Counted from the stretch's first letter, positions 49,287 through 60,536 are shown. The stretch: 64,000 nucleotides of DNA from an uncultured Methylomirabilota bacterium (GCA_963705305.1 OY970067.1:768001-832000); one strand, 5' to 3'. The notes: generated by a model from the sequence alone, not told the origin. Translations and numbers: made by a program.

Positions 49287-50573
49287 CTAGCGGGGCATGA
49301 ACCAAACCAGCGGATCCTCCGGTTTCCCCTTGTAACGCAGCTCGAAATAGAGCTGCGGACCTTCCAGCGAGCCGCTGTCGCCCACTTTTCCGATTACGCG
49401 CCCGCGCGCTACCTCCTCCCCGGCCTTGACCAGGATCTCGGCCGCGTGGGCGTAGAGCGTGAAGTACCCTCCACCGTGGTCCAGGATGATCAGGCGACCG
49501 TACCCCTTGAACCAGTCGGCGTACAAGACCGATCCGTCTGCAACCGCCTGGATATCTCGGCCCTGGGGCGCGGTGATCTCGATCCCCCGGTTGAACGTCA
49601 CCGTATGAAACCGCGGATTCTCCTGCCGTCCGAACGTGGAGGCCAGCGTCCCGTCGGCAGGCCAGGGCAGCTTCCCTTTCCACTGCGCGAATCGCCCGTC
49701 CTCGCGAATGTCGGGCGTCACCCCGCCGCCGGGTGCCTCCCCGCGGGGGGTCTCCCGGCGGGGCGCCGGACGGCTGGCGCGCCGCTGCCGCTCCTCCTCG
49801 CTCTGCAGCCGGACGATAAGAGCTTGCAGATCCTTGGCGGCCTTGTCCAGCTCTTTGATAGCGGCCAGATGGCCCGCTTTTTCCTCTCGGGTGCTGGCCA
49901 GGAGGACCCGCCGCTGGCGCTGCTCCTCCTCTATCTGGGCGCGGGTCGCCTTGGCCGCCTCCGCGGCGTCCGCCACCTCCGATTTGTACCGCTCCAGCTC
50001 CGCCCGCTTCTGGGACAGATCCGCCAGGGTGGCGCTGTATGTCTTCATGAGGCGCTGGTCTTCCCCGGCCACGGCGGAGAGATACTTGATGCGCCGGCCC
50101 GCGCTGGCGAAGTCCTCGGCCGAGAGCAGCATCCGCACATACCCGAACTGGCCCTGTTTGTACATGGCCCGCAGTCGCCGCTTGAGCAGGCTGCGGCTGC
50201 GCTCCAGTCGGCCATCGGTGGCACCGATCTCCCGGGAGAGCGCGGCGATCCGCTGGCTGCTCCCGTTCAGCTTCCTTTCCAGTGTCTGGAGGGCGGCCGT
50301 CTTGGCCTTGAGGTCATTCTCCAGCTTGGTCAGCTCCTTCGTCAGCGACGCCTCTCTCCGCCCGGCCTCCTGCGCCTTGGCGCGCTCGCGGCCCAGCTCG
50401 CGCTGGACCTCCTTGAGCTGCTGGCGGCTCTGCTGGGCCTTGCCCTCCCTGTCCGCCCCCAGACCGGCCCCGGGCCCGATCAGAATCGCGACAAGGCCCA
50501 CCCCAGCGCCAATCCAACGGAGCAGCGGGAACCCGGGTCCCCGGTCGCGGCGGCTGTCATCCAGCCGAGACAT
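49287..50573 (-). CDS. envC: Murein hydrolase activator EnvC-like (coiled coil + degenerate M23)
   Basis: Long coiled coil; LPWP, NRGIEI, LYAH, LYFELR; downstream of ftsEX. Confidence 0.88.
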   Translation of the reverse strand: MSRLDDSRRDRGPGFPLLRWIGAGVGLVAILIGPGAGLGADREGKAQQSRQQLKEVQRELGRERAKAQEAGRREASLTKELTKLENDLKAKTAALQTLERKLNGSSQRIAALSREIGATDGRLERSRSLLKRRLRAMYKQGQFGYVRMLLSAEDFASAGRRIKYLSAVAGEDQRLMKTYSATLADLSQKRAELERYKSEVADAAEAAKATRAQIEEEQRQRRVLLASTREEKAGHLAAIKELDKAAKDLQALIVRLQSEEERQRRASRPAPRRETPRGEAPGGGVTPDIREDGRFAQWKGKLPWPADGTLASTFGRQENPRFHTVTFNRGIEITAPQGRDIQAVADGSVLYADWFKGYGRLIILDHGGGYFTLYAHAAEILVKAGEEVARGRVIGKVGDSGSLEGPQLYFELRYKGKPEDPLVWFMPR

Positions 50574-50585
50574 TCCTCCGGCACC

Positions 50586-51479
50586 TCACACGCGCAGGAA
50601 CCGACCAACCGAGATCAGGCTGCCAGCCCCCCCCACAACCGCCCCGGCCAGGATCAGGGCCGCAGCCCAATGGGGATCCAGGAAGCTGCCGACCCCCATG
50701 CCGAGGATCTGGCCCGGGCTGACCCGCAGCTGCCAGAGCGTGGCACGGTAGGCCCCGTACAGGGCCAGCAGGGCGAGCCCCGCCCCCAGCGCACCCTGGA
50801 TCAGTCCTTCCAGCAGGAACGGCGCACGGATGTGGGTCTTGGTGGCCCCCACGAGCCGCATGACCTCGATCTCTTCCGCCCGGGCGTACACGGCCAGCCG
50901 AATCGTGTTGCTGACGATGAGGAGCGAGGCAAACCCCAGCGCCAGTCCCACCCCCAGGCCGACCAGCCGCAGCAGCCGAATGATCGCCGTCAGCCGATCC
51001 ACCCATTCCTGTCCATACTGGACATCCTCAACCCCTTCCAGTCTGCCGAGGAACGCCGCCAGCTGCCGGAGGGCTTCCGGGGTGTGGTAAGCCTCGTCGA
51101 TTCGGAGCTGGAAGGAAGCCGGCAGGGGGTTCTCTCCCAGGCCCTCCAGTAGAGCCTCCTTGCCGCGCAGCTCGCGCTTGAACTGCCGAAGGGCCTCCTC
51201 CTTGGAGGTGTACGTCATGGCCGTGACCGCCCGTTCGCTCTCGATGCGCTTCTTGAGCAGGGCCAACTGCTCGGCGGTGATCCCATCGTCCAGGAAGACC
51301 GTGACCTGGAACTGCTCCTTCCACTCCGTCACCACCGCCCCGAGATTGCCGGTGATGACCAGGAAGATCCCCACGATGACGAAGGAGACCGCGATCGTTC
51401 CGATGGAGGCCAGCCCGCCCCAGCCGCTTCGCCGGATGCTGGTCAGGGCGTCCTCGAGGATGTATCGAAACCGATCCAT
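50586..51479 (-). CDS. ftsX: Cell division permease FtsX
   Basis: NPLPAS, NTIRL..R.EEIEVMRLVGAT..IRAPFLLEG. Confidence 0.95.
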   Translation of the reverse strand: MDRFRYILEDALTSIRRSGWGGLASIGTIAVSFVIVGIFLVITGNLGAVVTEWKEQFQVTVFLDDGITAEQLALLKKRIESERAVTAMTYTSKEEALRQFKRELRGKEALLEGLGENPLPASFQLRIDEAYHTPEALRQLAAFLGRLEGVEDVQYGQEWVDRLTAIIRLLRLVGLGVGLALGFASLLIVSNTIRLAVYARAEEIEVMRLVGATKTHIRAPFLLEGLIQGALGAGLALLALYGAYRATLWQLRVSPGQILGMGVGSFLDPHWAAALILAGAVVGGAGSLISVGRFLRV

Positions 51480-51529
51480 GCCGGCTCTCTCCCGGGTAGC
51501 CCACCCGCCTTCGGCCACCCCGCAGGCGC

Positions 51530-52192
51530 CTAGAGACGCTCCTCCACGATCCGACCGGCCTTCAGCACGATGGTCCGGCGGCCCATGTTTCGGACCAGGT
51601 TGGTATCGTGCGTGGCCACCAGGACCGTCGTCCCCTTGGTGTTGATGTCGACAAGCAGCTGCATCACGTCCATGCCCAGATCGGCATCCAGATCGCCGGT
51701 GGGCTCATCCGCCAGGAGAAGCAAAGGGTCGCTCATCAAGGCGCGCGCGATCGCCACCCGCTGCTGTTCGCCGCCCGACAGCTTGTACGGGGTCATCTGC
51801 GCCTTATGCGTCAGGCCCACCAATTTCAGGGCGGTGGCGACCTTGCGCTTGCCGGCGGCCGGCGGGATCGCGAGAACCCGGTAGACCAGGGCCAGGTTCT
51901 CCCAGACCGTCCGATCCCGCAGCAGCTTGAAATCCTGAAAGATGACCCCGATGCTGCGCCGGAGCTGTGGGATGGCGCGGCCGGGGAGCTTCACCACGTT
52001 CCTGCCGTTGACCAGGATCTGGCCCGAGGTGGGCAATTCGTCACGGAAGATCAGGCGAAGAAGGGTCGTTTTCCCCGCCCCACTGGGCCCGACGATGAAG
52101 ACAAATTCACCCTTCTGGATTTGGAAGTTGATGTCAACGAGGGCTTCAACGTCCCTGGCATACGTCTTGTGGACGTGGAAGAGCTGGATCAT
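51530..52192 (-). CDS. ftsE: Cell division ATP-binding protein FtsE
   Basis: [37 protein letters not shown]. Confidence 0.95.
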   Translation of the reverse strand: MIQLFHVHKTYARDVEALVDINFQIQKGEFVFIVGPSGAGKTTLLRLIFRDELPTSGQILVNGRNVVKLPGRAIPQLRRSIGVIFQDFKLLRDRTVWENLALVYRVLAIPPAAGKRKVATALKLVGLTHKAQMTPYKLSGGEQQRVAIARALMSDPLLLLADEPTGDLDADLGMDVMQLLVDINTKGTTVLVATHDTNLVRNMGRRTIVLKAGRIVEERL

Positions 52193-52775
52193 GTCCGGTT
52201 TGCCTGGACACCTGGCACGGCCCCTCGCATATCTTTCTCCCCCAGTTCCCCAGGCATCTGGCCGTAGAGCCTAACGACTTTTGTCCCCCTTTGCAACGGG
52301 AAATGCGGGGAATCCACAGCACATGAGAGGGCAAGCGGCCTTGGGATTCGGACGGGAACTCGACAGAGCGGCCGCCGGGCGCCGCCCGTCTCATTGCGGG
52401 CTCTCACTCGTCCACCGGATCGCCGCTCTCGAACGGGAGAGAATCGCTCTGGGTGCTCTCGGAACGCGGCGGGTATTGCTTCTCCTCCTTGACTTCGGGT
52501 CGATCTCCCCGATACACTTTGTCACACCCCCGGAAAAGACACCCACCTCTGGACGTTTTCCTCGAACCACCGAGGAGGATCAGGATTTCTGGAGAGCACA
52601 CAATATCCCATGGGCGTAGTGGTTGAGTGTGGCCCTGGTCCGGGGCAATGCTGGATCTTGCCGTGCTCTCTTTCGTGGACTCTCTGCGGCAGCGCCGCCA
52701 GGCGGCCAGGCGAGCGGCTGCATCCGTGGGTGAAAAGGATATCGAATTCTAACCGGAAATGAACCGCGGGGATCC

Positions 52776-53204
52776 ATGCCTCCTGACTTCCTCCTCCAGT
52801 GCACGGCCTGTGGTTCCGAGACGGTCTGGGACACGGAGGCCCTGCCTCCGGTGGGCACCCCCGAGGTCGGCCATCCCGTCCTCTGGCCGTGCGACACCTG
52901 CGGCAAGGAGATACGCCACACGATCCTCGATCTCTATGTCATTTTCGACAAGCTCCATCGGGACATCTGCCTGGCCACCGAGCTGGATCGTGAGACGGTG
53001 GACCGTGTCATGAGCGAGGTCTATCGTCATCGCCAGCACGTCTCCCAAGAGGCGCCCACGGCGGGCATGGACCCCGCGCTGGAGGTCGAAGAGGTGGGAG
53101 CGGCCGCCGGCGTCCCCCTCGAGGCCGTGGAGCAGATCGCCGTCGCCGAGACGAATTGGCTGCTGCGGCGCGGCTACATCGTCGATACCGCCGTGGATTT
53201 ATGA
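52776..53204 (+). CDS. Hypothetical protein with N-terminal Zn ribbon (CxxC...CxxC)
   Basis: CTAC...CDTC followed by a helical region; GC3-biased codons. Confidence 0.75.
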   Translation: MPPDFLLQCTACGSETVWDTEALPPVGTPEVGHPVLWPCDTCGKEIRHTILDLYVIFDKLHRDICLATELDRETVDRVMSEVYRHRQHVSQEAPTAGMDPALEVEEVGAAAGVPLEAVEQIAVAETNWLLRRGYIVDTAVDL

Positions 53205-53338
53205 CCCCCCTCCGCAGAAGAGCGTCCCTCCGGGGATCGGCCGTCCGACTGCTTGACTCCTGCCGGAATTATTGTTAGCAGTAGAGCGGGCGAGGCTGAC
53301 GGGGAGATCCCGCCGCCGGGCCTCCGTGCAGGATTGCC

Positions 53339-54754
53339 ATGGAACCGAACATCCGCAACCGACAGTGCCGACAGTGCGGCGATGCCATCCACTGGAGCGC
53401 GGTCCGTCTGGTGGGCGCTCGCACCTTCTGCAGCGAGTCCTGCGCCATCACCTGGATCGCCGAGGAGGCCTCCCGCTCCGCCTGGAACCTGACCGCCCTT
53501 CGCCTCCGGCGAGGGGCCCGCGGCCCGCGCCATCGAGGCCGGCTGGCCCTGGCGTTCGCTCAAGCCTGGGTGGCCCAGCGCCGCCTGGACCGGCGCCTGG
53601 AGGCTGGACCCCATGCCGAGAATTTGCCCTGGCTCTGGCTGCCGCCCCGCCGGGCTGCCGCCGGGCTGCTCCTGGCCGTGGTGGCCTGCGGATTGGTGGG
53701 GGGTCACTCGCCCGAAACCCGGGCCATGGTATCGCCCGAGCGCAGGCCGGTCACCCTTCCGCGCCAGATTGCCCTGACCCCTCCACCCCGGCCGCCAGAC
53801 TTTTCCAACCTGACGGAGCCGACGCCGCCGCCGCGGTTGGATGCGGATCGGCTGCTGGTCTCGCCGCCCCCGCCCTTTCCGGGCGCCCCGGAGGTTCGGC
53901 CCCATCCCGCAGTCCCCACCCCGCCCGCCGCCCCGGTGCTGCCCACGAGCGACTTCACGCGGGGAAACACCGCGCTCCGGGAGATCGCCTTCACCTTCGA
54001 CGGCGGCAGCGAGGCCAACGTCGCCAGCGAGATCCTGGACATCCTGCAGGCGCGAAACGTCCACGCGACCTTCTTCCTCACGGGGCGGTTCATCCGGACA
54101 TTCCCCGACATCGTCCGGCGCATGGTGGCCGAGGGCCACGAGGTGGGAAACCACTCGGACACGCATCCCCACCTCACGACCTATGCCCAGAACCACCGAC
54201 AGGAGACCCTCCCCACCGTGACGCGGGACTTCTTTGTCGGGCAGCTCCGCCGGGCCGACGCCAGCTTCCGCGCCTTGACCGGCAGGCCGATGGCCCCCTA
54301 CTGGCGCGCCCCCTATGGCGAGCACAACGCCCAGATCCGCGCCTGGGCCGCCGAGGCCGGCTACCGGCTGATCTCCTGGACCCGCGGGGCGGGCACTGCC
54401 GAGGATCTGGACACCCGCGATTGGGTCGCCGACCGCTCGTCCCGCATCTACCACACCCGTCAGGAGATCGCGGCACAGATCCTGGCGTTCGGGCGGGGGC
54501 GGCCCGAGGGCTTGAACGGCGGGGTCGTCCTCATGCACCTCAATTCAAACCGCCGGACCGATCGGCCCCACGAGGGCCTGCCGGAGGTCCTGAAGACCCT
54601 CCAGGCGGAAGGATACCGGATCGTCACGATCTCGGAGATGCTGGCGGGACTCCGGCCCTCGTCCGCATCTACGGCACCTCAGCCCGCACCCGAGGCCAGA
54701 GGGCGTCCGGACGCCCGGGAAGCCTCCCCCGCCCCCCGACCGGCAGCCCCCTGA
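53339..54754 (+). CDS. Polysaccharide deacetylase (NodB/CE4) with N-terminal Cys4 finger, TM helix and Pro-rich linker
   Basis: TFDGG, ATFFLTG, GHEVGNHSDTH, WRAPYGE, DW, VLMH; CRQC..FCSESC at the N-terminus. Confidence 0.88.
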   Translation: MEPNIRNRQCRQCGDAIHWSAVRLVGARTFCSESCAITWIAEEASRSAWNLTALRLRRGARGPRHRGRLALAFAQAWVAQRRLDRRLEAGPHAENLPWLWLPPRRAAAGLLLAVVACGLVGGHSPETRAMVSPERRPVTLPRQIALTPPPRPPDFSNLTEPTPPPRLDADRLLVSPPPPFPGAPEVRPHPAVPTPPAAPVLPTSDFTRGNTALREIAFTFDGGSEANVASEILDILQARNVHATFFLTGRFIRTFPDIVRRMVAEGHEVGNHSDTHPHLTTYAQNHRQETLPTVTRDFFVGQLRRADASFRALTGRPMAPYWRAPYGEHNAQIRAWAAEAGYRLISWTRGAGTAEDLDTRDWVADRSSRIYHTRQEIAAQILAFGRGRPEGLNGGVVLMHLNSNRRTDRPHEGLPEVLKTLQAEGYRIVTISEMLAGLRPSSASTAPQPAPEARGRPDAREASPAPRPAAP

Positions 54755-55068
54755 ACCGGAGAGTTCCGTCGTCCTCCGCTCGCCGGTCTGGTGTGATAAC
54801 CTAGGGTCCATTCCCAATAGTTCGCATCACAAGTCAAAAGCCCCCGGGGACGACCCGAGAGCCCGGACCGCACCCAACCTGGCGGTTGGGTACCCGTCGG
54901 CCGGTTCCGGGGCGCCGTGGCCGCCTGTGGAGCGCCGTCAGCAGCCCTCCCTCGCCCACGGCGCGACGCGCCCGTCCGCGGGCGGCGCACATATCGCACA
55001 ATTCTCGTGGACGGGACACTAGGGCGGGTCGCTTTTCTTGCGTTTCAGGACGGGCAGGATCCAGAAGC

Positions 55069-55109
55069 AGTGATGCCGTCCACCCGGCTCCCCGGACGGA
55101 CGGCATCAC
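55069..55109. terminator. Hairpin downstream of iolD
   Basis: gtgatgccgtcc...ggacggcatcac, 12-bp stem. Confidence 0.5.
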
Positions 55110-55133
55110 CGGCGGCCCTTGAACTCGCCTCCG

Positions 55134-56999
55134 TCAGAGCTTTTTGGCCCGGGCGATCTCGACCCGCTGCCGCCGGCTGGCCGCCACGACCTTCCGGTTC
55201 GCCGACACCTCGGCGGTGCCCACCCGCCACCACGACGCATAATCGTGCGTCATCGACTTCGGCGTGACCTTGATGTCGATGACCGTCGACCGGCCCTCCC
55301 GCAACGCTTCCCGCACCGCACTGCGCAGCTCCTCCACCGTGCGGACGGTGAATCCCCGGGCCCCATAGCTGTCCCCGTTCCGCGCGAAGTCGATCGGGAC
55401 GTACCCGCCGGTCAGCCGCCCCGTCCGGCGGTCGCGAAACCGCCATTCGTTGCCGAATCTCGTGATGCCCTGACTGACCTGAAGGTTATCGATACACTGA
55501 AAGCCGTTGTTATCGAAGACCAGGATATTGATCTTCAGCCCCTCCATGATGCTGGTGAGGATCTCCGAGTGGAGCATCACGTAGCTGCCGTCGCCGACCA
55601 GTGCGAACACCTCGCGATCCGGCTCTGCCATCTTCGCCCCCAGGGCCGCCGCAATCTCGTATCCCATGCAGGAGAAGCCGTATTCCATGTGGTAGGTGTC
55701 CGTCGCGCGGGGCCGCCAGACCCGCTGGAGGTCCCCCGGCAGGCTGCCGGAGGCCCCGATGACGATCGCGCTCTTGGGCAGCAGCCGCTCGTTCAGCTCG
55801 CCGAGGCAGCGGGTCTGGGACAGGCCCGCGGGGTCATCCTCTGCGTATAGGCGATCCACCTCCGCCATCCAGGCCGCCCTGGCGTTCCGGATCTGGCGGG
55901 TGTAGGCGGATGCATATCCGACCCGGCGGAGCGCCCTGGTCAGCGCGGTGAGCGCCGCCCGGGCGTCGCCGATCACAGGGATGGCGTTCATCTTGTGGGC
56001 GTCGAAGCCGTTCGCGTTGATGTCCAGAATTTGCACAGTGGGATTCTGGAACAACCACTTGGAGCTGGTCGTGAAATCCCCCAGCCGCGTCCCGACGGCC
56101 AGGACCAGATCGGCCTCCCGGGCGATGGTATTGGCGGCGAGCGAGCCGGTGACCCCGATGCCGCCCAGGTTGAAGGCGTGGTCCCAGGGCAGCGACCCTT
56201 TGCCCGCCTGGGTTTCGGCGAACGGGATGTTGAACGCCGCGCAGAACGTCCCCAGGGCGCGCTCCGCCCCCGAGTACCGCACGCCGCCCCCGCAGATGAC
56301 GAGCGGCTTCTTCCGCCGTGTGATGAGCGCGACCGCCCGCTCGATCTCCGCGGCATCGGGGACGCGGCGCAGCAGATGGTGCACGCGTTTCCGGAGGAAT
56401 GACTCCGGATAGTCATATGATTCTCCCTGGACATCCTGGGGGAGGGCCAGGGTGACTGCCCCGGTCTCGGCCGGATCCGTCAGAACCCGCATGGCGTTGA
56501 CGCAGGCGCTCATGAGCTGTTCCGGCCGGGTGATCCGATCCCAGTACTGGCTGACGGCCTTGAACGCATCGTTGGCCGTGACATTGGGATCGTAGAACTG
56601 CTCCACCTGCTGGAGCACCGGATCCGGCTGGCGGCAGGCAAAGGTGTCGCCGGGGAGAAACAGCACCGGGATGCGATTCACCGTGGCCGTGGCCGCGGCC
56701 GTGACCATGTTGAGCGCCCCCGGCCCGATCGAGCTGGTCACGGCCAAGATCTGTCGGCGCCTCAGCTGCTTCGCATAGGCAATGGCGGCGTGCGCCATCC
56801 CCTGCTCGTTGTGCCCCTGGTAATACGTGAGCCCATGCGAGCCGTCCGCCAGCGCCTCGCCGAGCCCGACCACATTGCCGTGGCCGAAGATCCCGAACAC
56901 CCCCCGGACGAACTTCGTCTCGACCCCGTCCGCCTCAAGATATTGACGGTCGAGGAATTGCACCAGCGCCTGCGCCATGGTCAATCGCACCGTGTTCAT
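55134..56999 (-). CDS. iolD: 3D-(3,5/4)-trihydroxycyclohexane-1,2-dione acylhydrolase
   Basis: [49 protein letters not shown]. Confidence 0.96.
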   Translation of the reverse strand: MNTVRLTMAQALVQFLDRQYLEADGVETKFVRGVFGIFGHGNVVGLGEALADGSHGLTYYQGHNEQGMAHAAIAYAKQLRRRQILAVTSSIGPGALNMVTAAATATVNRIPVLFLPGDTFACRQPDPVLQQVEQFYDPNVTANDAFKAVSQYWDRITRPEQLMSACVNAMRVLTDPAETGAVTLALPQDVQGESYDYPESFLRKRVHHLLRRVPDAAEIERAVALITRRKKPLVICGGGVRYSGAERALGTFCAAFNIPFAETQAGKGSLPWDHAFNLGGIGVTGSLAANTIAREADLVLAVGTRLGDFTTSSKWLFQNPTVQILDINANGFDAHKMNAIPVIGDARAALTALTRALRRVGYASAYTRQIRNARAAWMAEVDRLYAEDDPAGLSQTRCLGELNERLLPKSAIVIGASGSLPGDLQRVWRPRATDTYHMEYGFSCMGYEIAAALGAKMAEPDREVFALVGDGSYVMLHSEILTSIMEGLKINILVFDNNGFQCIDNLQVSQGITRFGNEWRFRDRRTGRLTGGYVPIDFARNGDSYGARGFTVRTVEELRSAVREALREGRSTVIDIKVTPKSMTHDYASWWRVGTAEVSANRKVVAASRRQRVEIARAKKL

Positions 57000-57183
57000 C
57001 CCACACCCCCTCGCGGGTCGCCTCTCCGCCCGCGGAGCTGCCGCCGGACGTGTCCTCCGTGCGCCCGGAACCGCCGGGAGGCCGGACGCCTCGCCCGTCG
57101 GGTCGAGGCGGCCAAGCATCGCGCGGGCGGTTTTGCGGTGTCAAGGCCAAAGCCGGACCGCACCGGCCGCCGCCCGGGGCGGC

Positions 57184-58581
57184 TCAGCCCGCCTGGGCAA
57201 GGTGGCGCGCGAAACGCCGCGCGACCCAGACGTGCACCCGGGCCTGCGTCAGCTCGTAGAGACGCCAGGGCAGCCGGGGCCGATAGTCATGAATGGCGAG
57301 GATGAGACAGGAGCCATGCAGCAGCTCGCGGAATTCCAGGCGCGGGCGCTGGGTGGCGAGCTCGACCTTCCGAGCCAGAAGACCCCCGGTGATATAGAAG
57401 ACCTGCCGATCGGAAGACTGGCTGCGGTCCCGCGCGAACTGATGCTCCAGCAGGGTAATCCGCGGGAAGACCAGCACGATCCGGACGTTCTTCTCCGCAT
57501 CCGTCTCGGCCCGGATGACCCGCTGCAGGAGGCGGGGCAGCCAGGCGCTATACTCCTCCGCGGCCCAGCGGGCGCTCCTCCCCGCCGGCAGCGGCAGGCG
57601 CTGGACGGACCGGACGTGGAACGCCCCTCCTCGCCGGACCCCGGAGGCCCTCCATGCCGGGGTCGTCCCCCCGCCTCTCTCCGTCAGCGCCGCTCGGACC
57701 GCGGCGTCAAAGTCCATGCCCGGCACACCCGCCGCCTCCTGGAAACGGCGATCGCGGACGACCATCGGGTGCCGCAGGCTCTCGAGCAGGGGGCCGACGA
57801 GCTGCGGCGGGACCCCCGTGACCTGCGCGACCCAGTACCGGCACCACCGCGTCCCGCGCAGCGGGAGCTCGAGGAAGGTGCGCGGCAGGCCGCAGAGCGC
57901 CGCGACTCGCTCGAGCATGCGCCGGTACGACAGCACCTCACGGCAGCCCACGTCGAAGTGCCGGCTCTCGCCGCCGGGATGGTCGAGGCAGTAGGCCAGC
58001 AGGTCCAGCACGTCGCCCAGGGCGATGGGCTGCGTGGGGGTGCGGGCCCAGCGGGCGCAGGGGATGACGCGAAGGCGTCGCACCAGCCGCACCAGGATCT
58101 CGAAGGAGGAGCCCCCGGCTCCGACGATAAGGCCCGCGCGCAGCGTGGTCACGGGCACCCCGCGCGCGCGCAGCGTCTCCTCAACCTCCAGTCGGCTCAC
58201 CAGATGGGAGGACAGGCCGGGGATGTCGGGCGTCAGCCCCCCCAGGTAGACGATCTGGCGCACGCCGGCCTGGGCCGCAGCCCGGGCGAAGTTATCGGCG
58301 ATGACGAGGTCCAAGTCCTGGAAAGCGCCCTGGGTCAGCGGAGCCGAGGGCAGCATGGAGTGGACGAGGAAGACCGCCTGGTCCGCGCCGTCCAGCGCCG
58401 CCTCGCACTCCAGGAGAGAGAACAGGTCGCAGCGCCGCCACTCGATGCCGGGATGCGGGGGCGGCGCGATCGGCGACCGCGTCAGGCCGATGACCCGGCA
58501 GCGGCCGGCCAGGCGCGCGGCCAGCGACCGGCCCACGAAGCCCGTGGCCCCGGCGATGAGCACGGTGGATGTGCGGGCCAT
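57184..58581 (-). CDS. Atypical SDR NAD(P)-binding protein (YbjT-like)
   Basis: GATGFVG, FLVHSM, IVYLGGL, SHLVSR.EVE, LRAGLIVG.GGSSF, TQPI. Confidence 0.88.
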   Translation of the reverse strand: MARTSTVLIAGATGFVGRSLAARLAGRCRVIGLTRSPIAPPPHPGIEWRRCDLFSLLECEAALDGADQAVFLVHSMLPSAPLTQGAFQDLDLVIADNFARAAAQAGVRQIVYLGGLTPDIPGLSSHLVSRLEVEETLRARGVPVTTLRAGLIVGAGGSSFEILVRLVRRLRVIPCARWARTPTQPIALGDVLDLLAYCLDHPGGESRHFDVGCREVLSYRRMLERVAALCGLPRTFLELPLRGTRWCRYWVAQVTGVPPQLVGPLLESLRHPMVVRDRRFQEAAGVPGMDFDAAVRAALTERGGGTTPAWRASGVRRGGAFHVRSVQRLPLPAGRSARWAAEEYSAWLPRLLQRVIRAETDAEKNVRIVLVFPRITLLEHQFARDRSQSSDRQVFYITGGLLARKVELATQRPRLEFRELLHGSCLILAIHDYRPRLPWRLYELTQARVHVWVARRFARHLAQAG

Positions 58582-58695
58582 CGGCACCCTCGGAAACGGG
58601 GGACACCCGCAAAGACAGGAGACGGAGGGAAACGGGGTGAGGGGAATTTCCCCCCACCCCGTCCATCACGCGGCCCGGCGGCATCCCCGCCCCGG

Positions 58696-60015
58696 CTAGG
58701 CCTTGACCGTCCGCTTTTCGATGGGCTCGAAGTCGCGGATCGCCGTCCCCGTGTAGACCTGCCGGGGGCGGGCGATCTTCTGCTCCGGATCGTTCATCAT
58801 CTCTTCCCACTGGGCCACCCAGCCGGCCATGCGGGGCACCGCGAAGACCACCGTGAAGTACTCGCTGGGCATGCCCATGGCCTCGTAGATGATCCCGGAG
58901 TAGAAATCCACATTCGGGAACAGCTTTCGAGAGACGAAGTAGTCGTCCTCCAGCGCGATCCGCTCCAGCTCCATCGCCAGGTCGATCAGCGGGTTCCGCC
59001 CGGTGACCTCGAAGACCTCCTCTGCCAGTCTTTTGATCACCTTGGCCCGGGGGTCGTAGTTCTTGTAGACCCGGTGGCCGAACCCCATCAGGAGCGCCTT
59101 GCGCTCCTTCACGTCCTTGATGAACTGCGGCACGTTCGCCTTCGAGCTAATCTGTCGGAGCATCCGGAGCACCGCCTCATTGGCCCCGCCGTGAAGCGGC
59201 CCGAACAAAGCGGAGGCGGCGGAGGCGGCGGCACAGTAGGGGTCCGACTGGGCGCTGGCCACGACCCGCATGGCGTTGGCGCTGCAGTTCTGCTCGTGGT
59301 CGGCATGGAGGATAAAGAGCACATCCAGGGCCTTCTCCAGGACGGGGCTCGGGGTGTACTTGCACTCGGCCATCCGCCACAGCATGTTCATGAAGTTCCC
59401 GACATAGCTCAGATCGTTATCGGGCATCACGTACGGCAGACCCTTGGTGTGCCGGTAGGCCATGGCACCCAGGGTGGCCACCTTGGCGATGAGGCGGTAA
59501 ATCTGTAGGCGCCGGTTCTCGGCGTTCTGCACTTCGCGCGCGTCGGGGTAGAAGCTGGACAGGGCTGCCAGGCTGCTGACCAGCATGGGCATGGGATGGG
59601 CATCGTAGTGAAACCCGTCCAGGATTTTCTTCACGTTCTCGTGCACCATCTCGTGGGTGATGATGTGGTGCACCCAGTCGCCGTACTGGACTCTGGTGGG
59701 CAGCTCGCCGTGCACCAGCAGATAGGCGACCTCCATGTAATTGCTCTGCTCCGCCAGCTGCTCGATCGGGTAGCCCCGGTAGCGCAGGATGCCCCGCTCC
59801 CCATCGATGAACGTGATGGCGCTCCGGCACGAAGCGCTGTTGAGGAACGCGGGATCGAAGCTCATCAGGCCAAAGTCATCATCCGACACCTTGATGTTCC
59901 GGAGATCGGCGCCCCGGATGGACGCACCGTACGTCGGAAAGGTGCCGTAGTGGATGGGAACCTCGTAGGTCTTGCCGGTACGATTGTCGGTAATACTCAC
60001 GCTGTCCTTGGCCAT
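58696..60015 (-). CDS. gltA: Citrate synthase
   Basis: YRGYPIEQL, HADHEQNCS, LHGGANE, GFGHRVYKNYDPRA, PNVDFYSG. Confidence 0.98.
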   Translation of the reverse strand: MAKDSVSITDNRTGKTYEVPIHYGTFPTYGASIRGADLRNIKVSDDDFGLMSFDPAFLNSASCRSAITFIDGERGILRYRGYPIEQLAEQSNYMEVAYLLVHGELPTRVQYGDWVHHIITHEMVHENVKKILDGFHYDAHPMPMLVSSLAALSSFYPDAREVQNAENRRLQIYRLIAKVATLGAMAYRHTKGLPYVMPDNDLSYVGNFMNMLWRMAECKYTPSPVLEKALDVLFILHADHEQNCSANAMRVVASAQSDPYCAAASAASALFGPLHGGANEAVLRMLRQISSKANVPQFIKDVKERKALLMGFGHRVYKNYDPRAKVIKRLAEEVFEVTGRNPLIDLAMELERIALEDDYFVSRKLFPNVDFYSGIIYEAMGMPSEYFTVVFAVPRMAGWVAQWEEMMNDPEQKIARPRQVYTGTAIRDFEPIEKRTVKA

Positions 60016-60444
60016 GAGCCCCCTCCTTCCCGGTCCATCCGGGGTCGCACAAGAAAATCGAAACCGTCCGTGAACAACCGCGGCAGGCTAAAAGTAGGAT
60101 ACCCCAACGACCCTGCGAGCGCCAAGGAAACTTCCATTCTTCGTCCTGAGTGGCGATCCTGTTCCAGCCAGAGCCGGCGTGCGGCTCACGGAGCGTGGGC
60201 GGCTGCCCTCCCGGGGCTTCTCCATCGAGCTCCGCCCATGGCTTTCCATCCGATTCGCGCGCCGACCCAAAGAATGGAGGGGCCGGTTCGACAACATCGT
60301 CGAGGCTCTCGAATATTTCGTCGAGGTCATGCGGCTGCCCTCGGTCAGGAGGCCAGGATCGGTGGGTGAATCAGGAGGCGTAACCCATTGAATACGCAAT
60401 GATGATCGCAAGTCCCTGTGGCATGGGGCGCGGCCGAAGGCCTC

Positions 60445-60459
60445 TGGCACGCGGATTGC
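60445..60459 (+). promoter_or_regulatory. Sigma54 (-24/-12) promoter
   Basis: TGGCACG-CGGA-TTGC is a consensus match about 80 bp upstream of the start at 60537; a GAFTGA activator is encoded in the same cluster. Confidence 0.85.
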
Positions 60460-60536
60460 CCTTCTCTGTGTGCAGAGCGAGCTTTCACGAGAATGGCCGA
60501 TCACTGGCCTCGTTCACGAAAGGAGGAGGATTCGAA

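Noticed and set aside
52200..52770. Small ORFs (52404-52601, 52281-52619) and a TGGCACG sigma54-like site at 52213
   Set aside because: No motif or clear RBS for the ORFs, and the -12 element spacing is wrong.
54800..54850. ctagggtcc...aaaagcccccggg as a guanidine-I/ykkC riboswitch
   Set aside because: Too short, lacks the central conserved core, and has no co-oriented downstream gene.
60179..60391. 70-aa ORF between gltA and the sigma54 promoter
   Set aside because: No RBS or recognisable motif; probably regulatory DNA, although a small gene cannot be excluded.
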